Source: Octopus sinensis
Taxonomy: Eukaryota
NCBI RefSeq assembly: GCF_006345805.1
Contig: NC_043024.1
Location: 2,914,001 to 2,978,000 of the forward strand
Direction: 5' to 3'
Length of the DNA: 64,000 bases
Numbering within the stretch: position 1 is the stretch's first letter; each line of letters opens with the position of its first letter. Made by a program: the position numbers and the translations under genes. This document shows positions 52,269 to 62,454 of this stretch, one piece after another. Under the pieces are notes generated by a model that saw nothing but the letters and a program-made list of their open reading frames with translations, did not search any database and was not told the DNA's origin.

Positions 52269-53066
52269 TTATTGCCCAGGATACAAATTCGCAGCTTGCA
52301 ATAAAAATTCATGAATCCTTTTGGGGGCAGGGCGGAAAGCTTGCATGAATTGGTACCTAGCAACATATTGTTTTAAGAAACACGGTTTAATTCCAGGCCT
52401 TATCACGTTCCTCTTTAAGCTCCCCCAAAATCTTTCTATTGTCTGTGTATGAATAGATGGGTTTGCTGGATCGACAAAGTTCTGGCTGTGATTTATTTGG
52501 AAATGCTTGTAACCCAAACTATCTAGCCTATTATATATGGGCCAACAATCGCTATATACAGTTGAACCAGGATGAATGTGGCGTCTGATTAATGGAATCA
52601 GTGTGGAAGAATCTCGCCTTTGAATTTCACAACATTCCGATGTCAGAGGTATCAAAAAATTTTTCTTGGAATCCCTTTCCATTCTGCCAAAAAGCCAAAT
52701 AGTTTTCACAAGTCTCCCCCTGTTATATTTCCTCCTAACCAAGACTGTCTCATCTATTTCAACTGCGATCCCTGGCCCTCCAATTGGTGCTTGGGAATTT
52801 TCGACCCAATGAAGGCAGACTTCAGAGCAGAAAGACCTCCAATCAACAGACGTGGCAAGCGATATATCTAAATTGTCCATAACAGCTTGATGCGACCAAC
52901 CTTCTGTTAAATGATTTATATACAAAAGAATTTTCCATGGGGGTAACCGATTCCACTCCAAAAAGGTGTTCTTAAATATCGAAACCGAAAAACCACATTC
53001 TGTTGCCTTTTGTCTTCCACGACGATCCATCTTCCTGCAACGAAATACATGTCCCATTTCGTAGAA
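52269..53066 (-). mobile_element. Merlin/IS1595 (ISXO2-like) DDE transposase B, N-terminally truncated by a fold-back junction
   Basis: IGGPGIAVEIDET, VYSDCW, INHSQNFVDP...HTQTIERFW: all three catalytic acidic residues are present. The first 35 aa or so of ORF 52269..53171 come from unrelated sequence. Confidence 0.85.
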
Positions 53067-53120
53067 ATGTGAATTGCCCAACATGCAATTCACTGTGTGT
53101 TCTACGAAATGGAACAGATA

Positions 53121-53569
53121 TATTACTGGAAGAATGCGAAAAGACGATTTAAGATCATGATGGGGGTACACTCCAACATGGTGGAATCGTATCTAGACGA
53201 ATTTCTGTGGAAGGAGCAATAAGGGAAGTGTGGAAAGGAATGTCTTGAAAACATTCTTAAGCACCTTTCCGAACGTTTCACATTCAAGTGAATCAAATGA
53301 ACTGCAAGAACTGAGATATTCAATTTTCTACTTGCTGTTTGCTTTTTATTTACTTCAATTAATTTGTGTAAAAAAATGATATACATAAAAATTTTTTTAA
53401 AAATCTTTGTTTATAAAAAAAAATTTTATTTACTTCGTTTCCAAATATGTATCGCGCATGCACCAATCTATTCATTAGCATATGCGCAAGTTGTAGGATC
53501 GATTACTTATGACCAGCTAGCGAGGATGCAGGACTGAGCGTACCGGGACCACTGTTCGCTAGTAGTACC
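53121..53569 (+). mobile_element. Merlin element A: transposase C-terminus, 3' subterminal region and right TIR
   Basis: + frame reads YYWKNAKRRFKIMMGVHSNMVESYLDEFLWKEQ*...LENILKHLSERF. TIR gtaccgggaccactgttcgctagtagtacc ends at 53569. Confidence 0.75.
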
Positions 53570-53580
53570 GAAATACTTTG

Positions 53581-53643
<63 letters not shown>

Positions 53644-53692
53644 TGGGGAAAAAAAGAAAAATCGCCCCCCACGAATATATACAATCAAGATT

Positions 53693-54550
53693 TTAAAATC
53701 TTGCAATCCCCGCTAACAGTTTTTCAAAAAGATCGCAACCTTCGTACCTTTTGCGCCACATAATTTCACAGAGACCGGAGTCAATCATAGAACTCTGCTT
53801 AACACAGGCCCAAGGGCCTTCCATCCGTGGCGACTTTGACTTTGACTTAGACCGAGCACCGTGCTTCTCTGCTTTATGGCGAAATTGATAACCCTCGATC
53901 TCCGGAATATGAGAGTAAGATCTCCACAGATCACTAATGACCGTGGTTCCGGGGAGAACCGATTGGCGGATGCATTCTTCGAGTGTGTCGCGATCCCGAC
54001 ATGTTATTGTATAGAGAAAAACCTGCTTGGCCTTGCGACACACTCCTTTATAGACCCACTGGTGGGGCGGCCGACCTCCAAGTCTACATTTCCTCCTCGA
54101 GAAGACTGTCTCGTCTATCTCGACAACCTTCCCAGGACCACCTATCTGAACTGGGTTGAAGAGTAAGTCCTCTGCACAGACTTCTCTTAAACAGCTGGTG
54201 TAGTCAACAGCTGCAGTGTGACTCACACCCAGCTCTTCATAACAATAACGTATCGTGGTCAGCTTCTTCACCCAAGAATACAAGAAAAGGAGGATAGTTC
54301 GCAGAGGAAGCGAGGTGCCTTCCAGCCATGTACCTTTCCTAACAGATAGAGACTGGTCACAGCCTTTCCGTGTGCAGCGCCAGCGAACGCTCCGATCTTT
54401 CACTTTGCGTTTCATGAAATGTCTCTTTTTACATCTTTTCTTTGGAGGTATTATACCCTTCTCTGCAAAGAAAGCTACCGCATCCGCTTCGGTCCTAATC
54501 GTGTTGAACAAATCCATGAGGCCATGCGGTTTAGTTGCAGCCACAGCCAT
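53693..54550 (-). CDS. Intact 285-aa Merlin/ISXO2-like transposase-derived ORF (C)
   Basis: N-terminal C-x3-H...WRC-x4-C zinc-binding motif, SVRKGTWLE, IGGPGKVVEIDET, VISDLWRSY, a diverged RH...RMEG third motif and a DSGLCEIMWR C-terminus. No stops, and no TIR pair seen. Confidence 0.75.
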   Translation of the reverse strand: MAVAATKPHGLMDLFNTIRTEADAVAFFAEKGIIPPKKRCKKRHFMKRKVKDRSVRWRCTRKGCDQSLSVRKGTWLEGTSLPLRTILLFLYSWVKKLTTIRYCYEELGVSHTAAVDYTSCLREVCAEDLLFNPVQIGGPGKVVEIDETVFSRRKCRLGGRPPHQWVYKGVCRKAKQVFLYTITCRDRDTLEECIRQSVLPGTTVISDLWRSYSHIPEIEGYQFRHKAEKHGARSKSKSKSPRMEGPWACVKQSSMIDSGLCEIMWRKRYEGCDLFEKLLAGIARF

Positions 54551-55199
54551 ACTTCCTCAATACAACAGTAGGGGGGAAATGCAAAAGTGCAAAGAGACGA
54601 TCGAAAAGCAAAAAAAAAAAAAAAAAAAAACCCTACTATGCAACAGACAGCAAACAGAAATAAAATATTAACAGATTGGGGGGAAAATAATCACAAAATT
54701 AACATGGGGAAATGTACAAAAGGGGGCGTTCAAAAAACAAGAAAAAATACAAAAAAAAAACGTGTAATATGAAACAGGTAGGAAACAAAAAAGTTAAATA
54801 GAACAGTGTTGGAAATAATTACAGGTAGTGAGTAAAAATATCCACATATAAGTTAAAAAAAATATACAGTCAAATTAAAGAACACACCAGAATAATTAAT
54901 GTGCACGTGGTCGTGTTGCTCTCAGATTACTATCGCAAACAGTAGGATTCTTCATGCGACAACATGGAATAAATTCTAAAGTACACGTGGTTCTGTTGCT
55001 CTTTGGTTACTTTCACAAACAGTAGAAGGTATCTTCAGGTATTTGTCGATTTGGTTAGAATAATCCAAATGCGACAACATGAAATAAATTCTAAAATACG
55101 AAAGCTTGTGAAAAATGTTGACAGTGTTCAGCGTGAGAAATTACACCAGTATATGAAGTTTCAAACAGTTCAGTTTAAAATATATAATCAAAAATATCT

Positions 55200-55445
55200 G
55201 TGAACCAAATTGAAGAGATTTAAATTACCTCTTGCGCATTTCATTCAGCGAAATAAAGCAATGTTTTTTTCTTTCTCTCTGAGGAAATATATTACTGTAA
55301 CTCAGCAATGTTGTATAGAAGCAGGATTATACGTTTGTAGAATATCTTTGCAGAGTCTTTCAAACATGATACATATTGATGATTCTTTAAAAGTAAAAAA
55401 TACTTTTTAGCCAATTTCAGGCGATTTTCTGAAAGAATAGGAAAA
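55200..55445 (-). other. Orphan copy of the zinc-finger leader exon (no finger ORF downstream)
   Basis: Contains the 87-nt invariant block at 55333-55419 and the ctttcAG acceptor context. Confidence 0.75.
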
Positions 55446-55486
55446 TAATATAAGACATAGAATATGTTTAAAAGGTACAAATTTAC

Positions 55487-55715
55487 GGTACCAATTAATA
55501 GTAGTCACGGTGCGCGCACTCGCGATAGTTAGTCGTGACTAGTCGATCTTTACTTTGTGTTTCTGTTCTACTTTGTTTAAAAAGAATTATTTAGTTTGTG
55601 TTTTATTTGTTTCAAATAAAATTATTTACTTTGCTAGATAGTCGTTGTAGGATCGAGTAGTCACGACTAGCAAGCGCAGATGCGCGTACCGGGACCACGC
55701 TTCTTAAATAGTACC
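55487..55715. mobile_element. Merlin-family MITE, 229 bp, 9-bp TSD
   Basis: Exact TSD caaatttac at 55478-55486 and 55716-55724. Same family as 24593-25199 in the opposite orientation, without the SINE. Confidence 0.85.
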
Positions 55716-56843
55716 CAAATTTACAATTGTTTTGATAAATTGTAGACGTAAACCTTAAATTATAAATGAATGAGATACAGTAATTATAATAGCGACCCCT
55801 GGATATTAAATCCTTAACAAAACTCTATCACCCTCTCTCAAACATATATATATATATATATATATTTTATCTAGTTTCAGCTCACGAGCTGTGGCCATGC
55901 TGGGGCACCGCCATTAATGTGAAGTTTTCACGGCGAAGGTAAAGAATACGCACACCTGGTGTTTAGGAACACGACGAAAACGGGTTGTGCGTTTTCTTTA
56001 CCCCTGCAAATTGAAACACGATGGGGAGGGGTCAACGGAATCCAGAGATTTATTTAAGGAATGGATAACAGCTCTCATACGAAAGAAAGAAAGATAATAA
56101 CTAGGCCTAACTTCGGTATAAGTACCGGATATATTTCAAGAACGTGTTTTTTTTTTATATGGAGGGTTTAGGGTTTAGGAGGAAAGGGTTTGTGTTATCT
56201 TCAGAAATGTACACAAAGTCACGTGTGTACCTATACCGAAGGTTCGCCAATAATTACATTATTGTGTACCAAAATGCATGCAAATAAAGATAATTATGTG
56301 TTGGAGTGATGCAACAAAAAAAAAAAAAAAGGGTTAATACTCACTAATAATCAGACGCCCTTACTCGCCAAAAAGGGTTACGGGTGCGTTTTCTTTACCC
56401 CTGCAAACTGTAACACGATGGGGAATTAACACGTTGTGCAAATGGTGATTTGTCACGGTTAATTTTAAGTGATATGTGTGTCTAGAAGGAAAAATATCAG
56501 CCTCTCGCTACATGTGGTTAACGAACACTGGGACGGAGTAAAAATGACGGATTAACTCGTCAACGTCAAAACAGCAACTAAAGTTGACCTCTCCGGTTTT
56601 GGCGCTAGTTGCTATGTGTATCCTTCCGCCGCAAGCTACAAGTGAGCGGAGTAACGTACCCTTGTACGAAATAGTTCGATGCCAGTGTACATAAGTATAA
56701 CCAAAACTGCAATGGAATATCTAAAAGAAAGAAGGCTGTGACCATGTATTTTTGTCTTTGTTTAGTGAGATAATTTCTCTTGCACATTTCATTCAGTAAA
56801 ATAAAAGTTTTTTTTTCCTTCCAGAGGAAATATTTTACTGGGC

Positions 56844-56923
56844 CAAAATAATTCTATAATTTTATACACACGCTTTCCGTACGTATACGGAAAGCGTGTG
56901 TATAAAATAATAGAATTATTTTG
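56844..56923. repeat. 80-nt hairpin, 38-bp arms with one mismatch and a 4-nt loop
   Basis: caaaataattctataattttatacacacgctttccgta-cgta-tacggaaagcgtgtgtataaaataatagaattattttg. Confidence 0.9.
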
Positions 56924-57190
56924 TATGCTAATTGTTTAAATTATTTTCCATTGCTTTAGTTTTTTTTTACACGCGTAACAATTAAATTAATTTAACAATT
57001 AAGAAAAAAAAAATTTAGGGTTAGGGTTAGTTACAGGTTGTTGTCTCAGTTTTAGACGCAGCAAATGATTTTAGCTCAAAAGAGAGCATAGGATTGGTTA
57101 AAATTCGAAAAATTAAACTACGTTAAACAAACAAATTACAATTTTCTCAAGAAAGCCAAGTGAAAATAATGTTTTCTTTTGACACATATA

Positions 57191-57600
57191 GGCACAGGAG
57201 TGGCTGTTTGGTAAGTAGCTTGCTAACCAACCACATGGTTCCGGGTTCAGTCCCACTGCATGGCATCTTGGGCAAGTGTCTTTTGCTATAGCCCCGGGCC
57301 GACCAATGCCTTGTGAGTGGATTTGGTAGACAGAAACTGAAAGAAGCCTGTCGTATATATGTATATATATATATATATAAGTGTGTGTGAATATGTTTGT
57401 GTGTCTGTGTTTGTTCCCCTAGCATTGCTTGACAACCGATGCTGGTGTGTTTACGTCCCCGCCACTTAGCGGTTTGGCAAAAGAGACCGACAGAATAAGT
57501 ACTGGGCTTACAAAGAATCGGGGTCGATTTGCTTGACTAAAGGCGGTGCTCCAGCATGGCTGCAGTCAAATGACTGAAACAAGTAAAAGAGTAAAGAGTA
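57191..57600 (+). mobile_element. SINE S1, full length
   Basis: Matches the S1 consensus. Confidence 0.8.
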
Positions 57601-57764
57601 AAATTCTCCCAGTATACGAAGTTTTAAAGTGTTTAGTTAACAAGAAATTTTGTTGAAATCTGGCCTTCAAAAGGAAAAGATCCCTTTTCGGTTTCACCAG
57701 CAGTTTTTAAAAATAATATCCACGTAACTAAAAAATTTTAAACTTCGTATACAGGTAGAATGTG

Positions 57765-58140
57765 GGTACTACTAGTAAATACTGGTCCCGGTGCGCGCAC
57801 ACGCGCTAGCTAGTTGTAGGTAGTTGATCCTACAACGACTTTTGCGTATGCAAGGAAGTTGATTGGCGCATGCAGAATAAAATAAAAGAATTTTTTAAAG
57901 AAAGTGAATAAATTATTTTTTAAAACAATGTATATGATTTTTTTACACAAATCAAATAAAAAGCAAAGTAAATAATTTTTTAAACTTTTAATTTTCTTTT
58001 ATAAACAAACTAAGATTTTTTTTTTGAAAAGTGTATATAATTTTTTTTACACAAATCAAACAAAGTAAATATAAAGCAAATAGCAAATAAAAAAATTGAA
58101 TATCTCACAGTTCTTGCAATTCGTTCGAAAATGCCACCAA
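57765..58140 (-). mobile_element. Merlin A-type 3' end fragment (TIR at 57765)
   Basis: ggtactactagtaaatactggtcccggtgcgcgcac followed by sequence matching the reverse complement of 53300-53520. Confidence 0.7.
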
Positions 58141-58231
58141 ACAAAAAAATAAAATGTTGAAGTTCATTTGAGTTCCTCGAATGTGAACCATTCTGAACAC
58201 ACACGCATGCATTTATACATATACACATGGA

Positions 58232-58595
58232 TACAAATTAAATTAGAGATAAAACCACAATTAGGCAAATCAAACAGTGAAAAACATAAACCAAAACATA
58301 GAAATAAAATTAATTAATATTAATTAATATAATTTACAAAATATATAAAATATAAATTTCAGAATATAATTATAATTTAAAGTTAAAAATTTAAAATTAT
58401 TAATTTATATTTATAAATTTATATATATATATATATATATTTATTTTTTATTTATAAATATAAATTAATAATTTTTAATTTAAATTTAAATAATTTAAAT
58501 TTTGAATTTTATATTTTATATATTATATTAATTAATTTTATTTCTATGTTTTTCACTGTTTGATTTGCCTAATAGTGGTTTTATCTCTATTTGTA
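58232..58595. repeat. AT-rich fold-back palindrome centred on (TA)n
   Basis: tagagataaaaccac...aggcaaatcaaacagtgaaaaacata mirrored at 58540-58589. Confidence 0.8.
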
Positions 58596-58684
58596 TTTAT
58601 ACTGTAAAATTAGATTTAATCCTAAATCTAATTTTTCCCTGTAAGTTTGGATTTACTCCCTAATATTATTATTATATATATATA

Positions 58685-58915
58685 TATTTCTTTACTACCC
58701 ACAAGGGGCTAAACACAGAGGGGACAAACAAGGACAGACAAACGGATTAAGTCGATTATATCGACCCCAGTGCGTAACTGGTACTTAATTTATCGACCCC
58801 GAAAGGATGAAAGGCAAAGTCGACCTCGGCGGAATTTGAACTCAGAACGTAACGGCAGACGAAATACGGCTACGCATTTCGCCCGACGTGCTAACATTTC
58901 TGCCAGCTCACCGCC
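58685..58915 (-). mobile_element. SINE S2, full length (tRNA-like head)
   Basis: Head ggcggtgagctggcagaaatgttagc...gagttcaaattcc (A/B-box-like), tail tagccccttgtgggtagtaaagaaata. Confidence 0.8.
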
Positions 58916-59324
58916 TATTATATATATATAACATATATATACACACATACACATGTGCATGTGTATACATATATGTGTTCTCTTACATGATGGTTGTGAT
59001 TGTGCATCGACATCAAATGAGCAGTTGTTAGTTTCCAGTCTGCATAAAATATGTCCTTGCTTGGAAACAGGTGAGGATTGGTGACAGGGAAGGCATCCAG
59101 CTGCAGAAAAATCTCCATCAATGAATTCCATCTGATCCATTGAAGCATGGAAAAATGAATTTTAAATGATGATGATTATCATCATCATACTGATATGCAA
59201 AAAACAGTTTGATAGTATTTATTCAGCATTACATGTGTTTCATTACCTAATAGGAATTACAAACTTTTAGACAAAGAGAAAACATGTAAAATATCTCCTA
59301 TAAGAAATTCTTCCTATATACATA

Positions 59325-59722
59325 TAGGAGTGGCTGTGTGGTAAGTAGCTTGTTTACCAACCACATGGTTCCGGGTTCAGTCCCACTGTGTGGCATCTTG
59401 GGCAAGTGTCTTCTGCTATAGCCCCAGGCCGACCAATGCCTTGTGAGTGGATTTGGTAGACGGAAGCTGAAAGAAGCCTGTCGTATATATGTATATGTAT
59501 ATATGTATGTGTGTGTGTGTGTGTGTTTGTCCCCCTAGCATTGCTTGACAACCGATGCTGGTGTGTTTACATCCCCGTCACTTAGCGGTTCGGCAAAAGA
59601 GACCGATAGAATAAGTACTGGGCTTACAAAGAATAAGTCCCGGGGGTCGACTTGTTCGAGTAAAGGCGGTGCTCCAGCATGGCCACAGTCAAATGACTGA
59701 AAAAAGTAAAAGAGTAAAAGAG
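59325..59722 (+). mobile_element. SINE S1, full length, absent from the paralogous site downstream of gene E
   Basis: Matches the S1 consensus. Flanks match 30590-30750, where no S1 is present. Confidence 0.8.
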
Positions 59723-59725
59723 AGA

Positions 59726-59761
<36 letters not shown>

Positions 59762-60173
59762 CACAAGTGAGTGTATCCTTGTCCAGATATTATGTGATGT
59801 CCGTAAATGGCCATCATGACCGTCATACTTGTGCAGTTGTTCATTTCCAGTCCTCTGCGTAAAATATGTCTCACCAGGGAAAATATTTCCTTGCTTGGAA
59901 ACAGGTGAGGATTGGTGACAAGAAAGGGTACCCAGCCCAGGAAAATCTCCATCAATGAATTCCATCTGATCCATTGAAGCATGGAAAAGCGAATTTTAAA
60001 TGATGATGATTATCATCATTGTAGTGATATGGTTCCTCTTCTGTATGAATGCAGTTATGTTTTAATAATTGATCATTTTCATAGATTGATTTAGCACGAA
60101 TTAGGTTATGGTCATATCTTTCATAATAATAAGACTGTGTATAATTAATACACCATTTTGAAGGAATGATTAA

Positions 60174-60394
60174 CTCTTTCGTTACTGTATTTATTTTGAG
60201 ATGCTCTGTGTTTCTTCCAATTATTTTAAATATAACAAAGAATTTAGTAAAATAATATCGTTATCATTAAGCTAGTGTTAGGAACATAAATTGTGACTAA
60301 AATTTGGTGGAAGATTTGAATTCAAAACTTATGAAAACAAAACATTTACACTAAAAAGCCAGAGCCGGTTTCAGTCAGGTTGGTAACGAAAGGG
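60174..60394. mobile_element. piggyBac-type MITE, 221 bp, TTAA TSD
   Basis: TTAA|ctctttcgttac...gtaacgaaaggg|TTAA. The empty site gaatgaTTAAgc occurs in the gene E paralogue at 31150-31161. Confidence 0.8.
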
Positions 60395-60415
60395 TTAAGC
60401 TCTGATATCAGACCG

Positions 60416-61789
60416 TTATGGTTTCTCCTCTGTATGAATATGTTTGTATTCAGTCAAGATGCTCTGAAGAGAGAATGATTTACCACAGATATCACAAAGA
60501 AATGGTCTCTCCTCTGTATGAACATGGTTGTGTACAGTTAATTGTTGGTTTGTAGAGAATGCCTTGCCACAGATATCACTCTGGTATGGTTTCTCACCTA
60601 CATGAACATACCTGTGCATAACTAATTGTTTGTTTTGAGAGAATGATTTACCACAGATATCACAATGATATGGTGTTTCTCTTGTGTGTATAAGTTTGTG
60701 TGCAGTTAAATGGTATTTTCGACAGAATGATTTACTGCAGATATCACACTGATATGGTTTCTCACCTGTATGAATCCGTTTGTGTGTAGTTAAGGTACTG
60801 CCAGCAGAGAATGATTTACCACAGATATCACAGTGATAAGGTTTTTCCCCTGTATGAACCCTTTTGTGCGTAGTTAAGCTACTGTCAACAGAGAATGATT
60901 TACCACAGATATCACAGTGATAAGGTTTTTCCCCTGTATGAACCCTTTTGTGCGCAGTTAAGCTACTGCTAACAGAGAATGATTTACCACAGATATCACA
61001 GTGATAAGGTTTCTCTCCTGTATGAACCCTTTTGTGTATAGTTAAGCTGTTGCTTTTAGAGAAAGATTTACCACAGATATCACAGTGATAAGGTTTCTCT
61101 CCTGTATGAATACGCTTGTGTTTAGTTAAGCTGTTGCTTTTAGAGAAAGATTTACCACAGATATCACAGTGATAAGGTTTCTCTCCTGTATGAATACGCT
61201 TGTGTTTAGTTAAGCTTTTGCTTTTAGAGAAAGATTTACCACAGATATCACAGTGATATGGTTTTTTTCCTGTATGAATACGTTTGTGTCGAGTGAAGCT
61301 ACTGTCAACAGAAAATGATTTTCCACAGATATCACAGTGATAAGGTTTTTCCCCTGTATGAATACGTTTATGTACAGTTAAATAGATATTTCGAGAGAAT
61401 GATTTACCACAGATATCACAGTGATATGGTTTCTCTCCTGTGTGAATGTATTTGTGAGTAGTTACCTCACTTCTTTCATAGAATGATTTATCACAAATGT
61501 CACACTGATATGGTTTGTCTCCTGTATGACTACGTTTATGTACTGTTAAATAGATATTTTGAGAGAATGATTTATTGCAGATATCACAGTGATATATTTT
61601 CTCTCTCGTATCAATTTGTTTATGACTGAATAATTCTGAATCTTGACAGACTGATTTATCACAGGTATCATGGTGATTTTGTTTCTCATCTGTATGAATG
61701 CATTTGTGTCTAGTGAGTTCACCTTTTTCTGAAAATGACTCTTCGCAGATGTCACAGTCATATGATGATTTTTCCAATTCTTCCGACAT
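60416..61789 (-). CDS. C2H2 zinc-finger protein (gene F), 16 finger units (13 intact, 3 degenerate), 457 aa
   Basis: Open ORF with the same MSEEL(G/E)KS N-terminus and leader as genes D and E. Leader acceptor at 62223-62222. Exon 1 not found in the window. Confidence 0.9.
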   Translation of the reverse strand: MSEELEKSSYDCDICEESFSEKGELTRHKCIHTDEKQNHHDTCDKSVCQDSELFSHKQIDTREKIYHCDICNKSFSQNIYLTVHKRSHTGDKPYQCDICDKSFYERSEVTTHKYIHTGEKPYHCDICGKSFSRNIYLTVHKRIHTGEKPYHCDICGKSFSVDSSFTRHKRIHTGKKPYHCDICGKSFSKSKSLTKHKRIHTGEKPYHCDICGKSFSKSNSLTKHKRIHTGEKPYHCDICGKSFSKSNSLTIHKRVHTGEKPYHCDICGKSFSVSSSLTAHKRVHTGEKPYHCDICGKSFSVDSSLTTHKRVHTGEKPYHCDICGKSFSAGSTLTTHKRIHTGEKPYQCDICSKSFCRKYHLTAHKLIHTRETPYHCDICGKSFSQNKQLVMHRYVHVGEKPYQSDICGKAFSTNQQLTVHNHVHTEERPFLCDICGKSFSLQSILTEYKHIHTEEKP

Positions 61790-62454
61790 CTCTTCAAGAA
61801 AAATTTAATGAATCCTTCAAGTTTACGCGTCAATAACTTTTCAAAAATATTTCTCCTCTCACCAAAATTTATGGATATTTTGCTTCTTTTTGCTTTAATA
61901 GTTAATTCCAAACAAATATCACTTCTCTTATATTTCTTCTAAATGTGATCAATGCCAATATTTAAAAATGTTGCAAATACTCTTTGGAAATCTATCAAAG
62001 AATATTTAAAAGAGAAAATTATCTCTTGCACATTTCAGACACGGAAGTAAAGAAATGCTTTCTCTCTCTCTCAGAGGAAATATTTTACTGTAATTCAGCA
62101 ATGTTTTATAGAAACAGGATTATACGTTTGTAGAATATCTTTGCAGAGTCTTTCAAACATGATACATATTGATGATTCTTTAAAAGTAAAAAATACTTTT
62201 TAGCCAATTTCATGTGATTTTCTGAAAGAATAGAAAAAAAATATAAGACACAGAATATATTTTAAATAATCTGAATATTGTTTCTGAAAATTATCTCCAT
62301 TCACTTTGTGCATAGAAAAGATAAATTTGCTGCTTCAATTCTCCAGAATAACATTTGTTAAAGGACTTATACACATAAACATCAATCCTTAACCATCAGA
62401 AAGATTAGAAATACAGCCAAAATTTAAAATATCTAGGTGAAATGAAATAGGATC

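Noticed and set aside
52269-53171. Full-length 300-aa active transposase
   Set aside because: The first 35 codons or so derive from the antisense of element A's C-terminus and a fold-back junction. The real N-terminus and TIRs are missing.
52269-54550. Bacterial IS1595 contamination or recent horizontal transfer
   Set aside because: The flanks are continuous with host SINEs, microsatellites and ZNF leader sequence, and related TIR/MITE copies sit in host introns. The eukaryotic Merlin superfamily explains the IS-like motifs.
57015-57035. Interstitial telomere (ttagggttagggttag; similar at about 27520-27535 and 56165-56180)
   Set aside because: Only 2-3 units, embedded in DNA-transposon-like repeats, too short to indicate a chromosome fusion.
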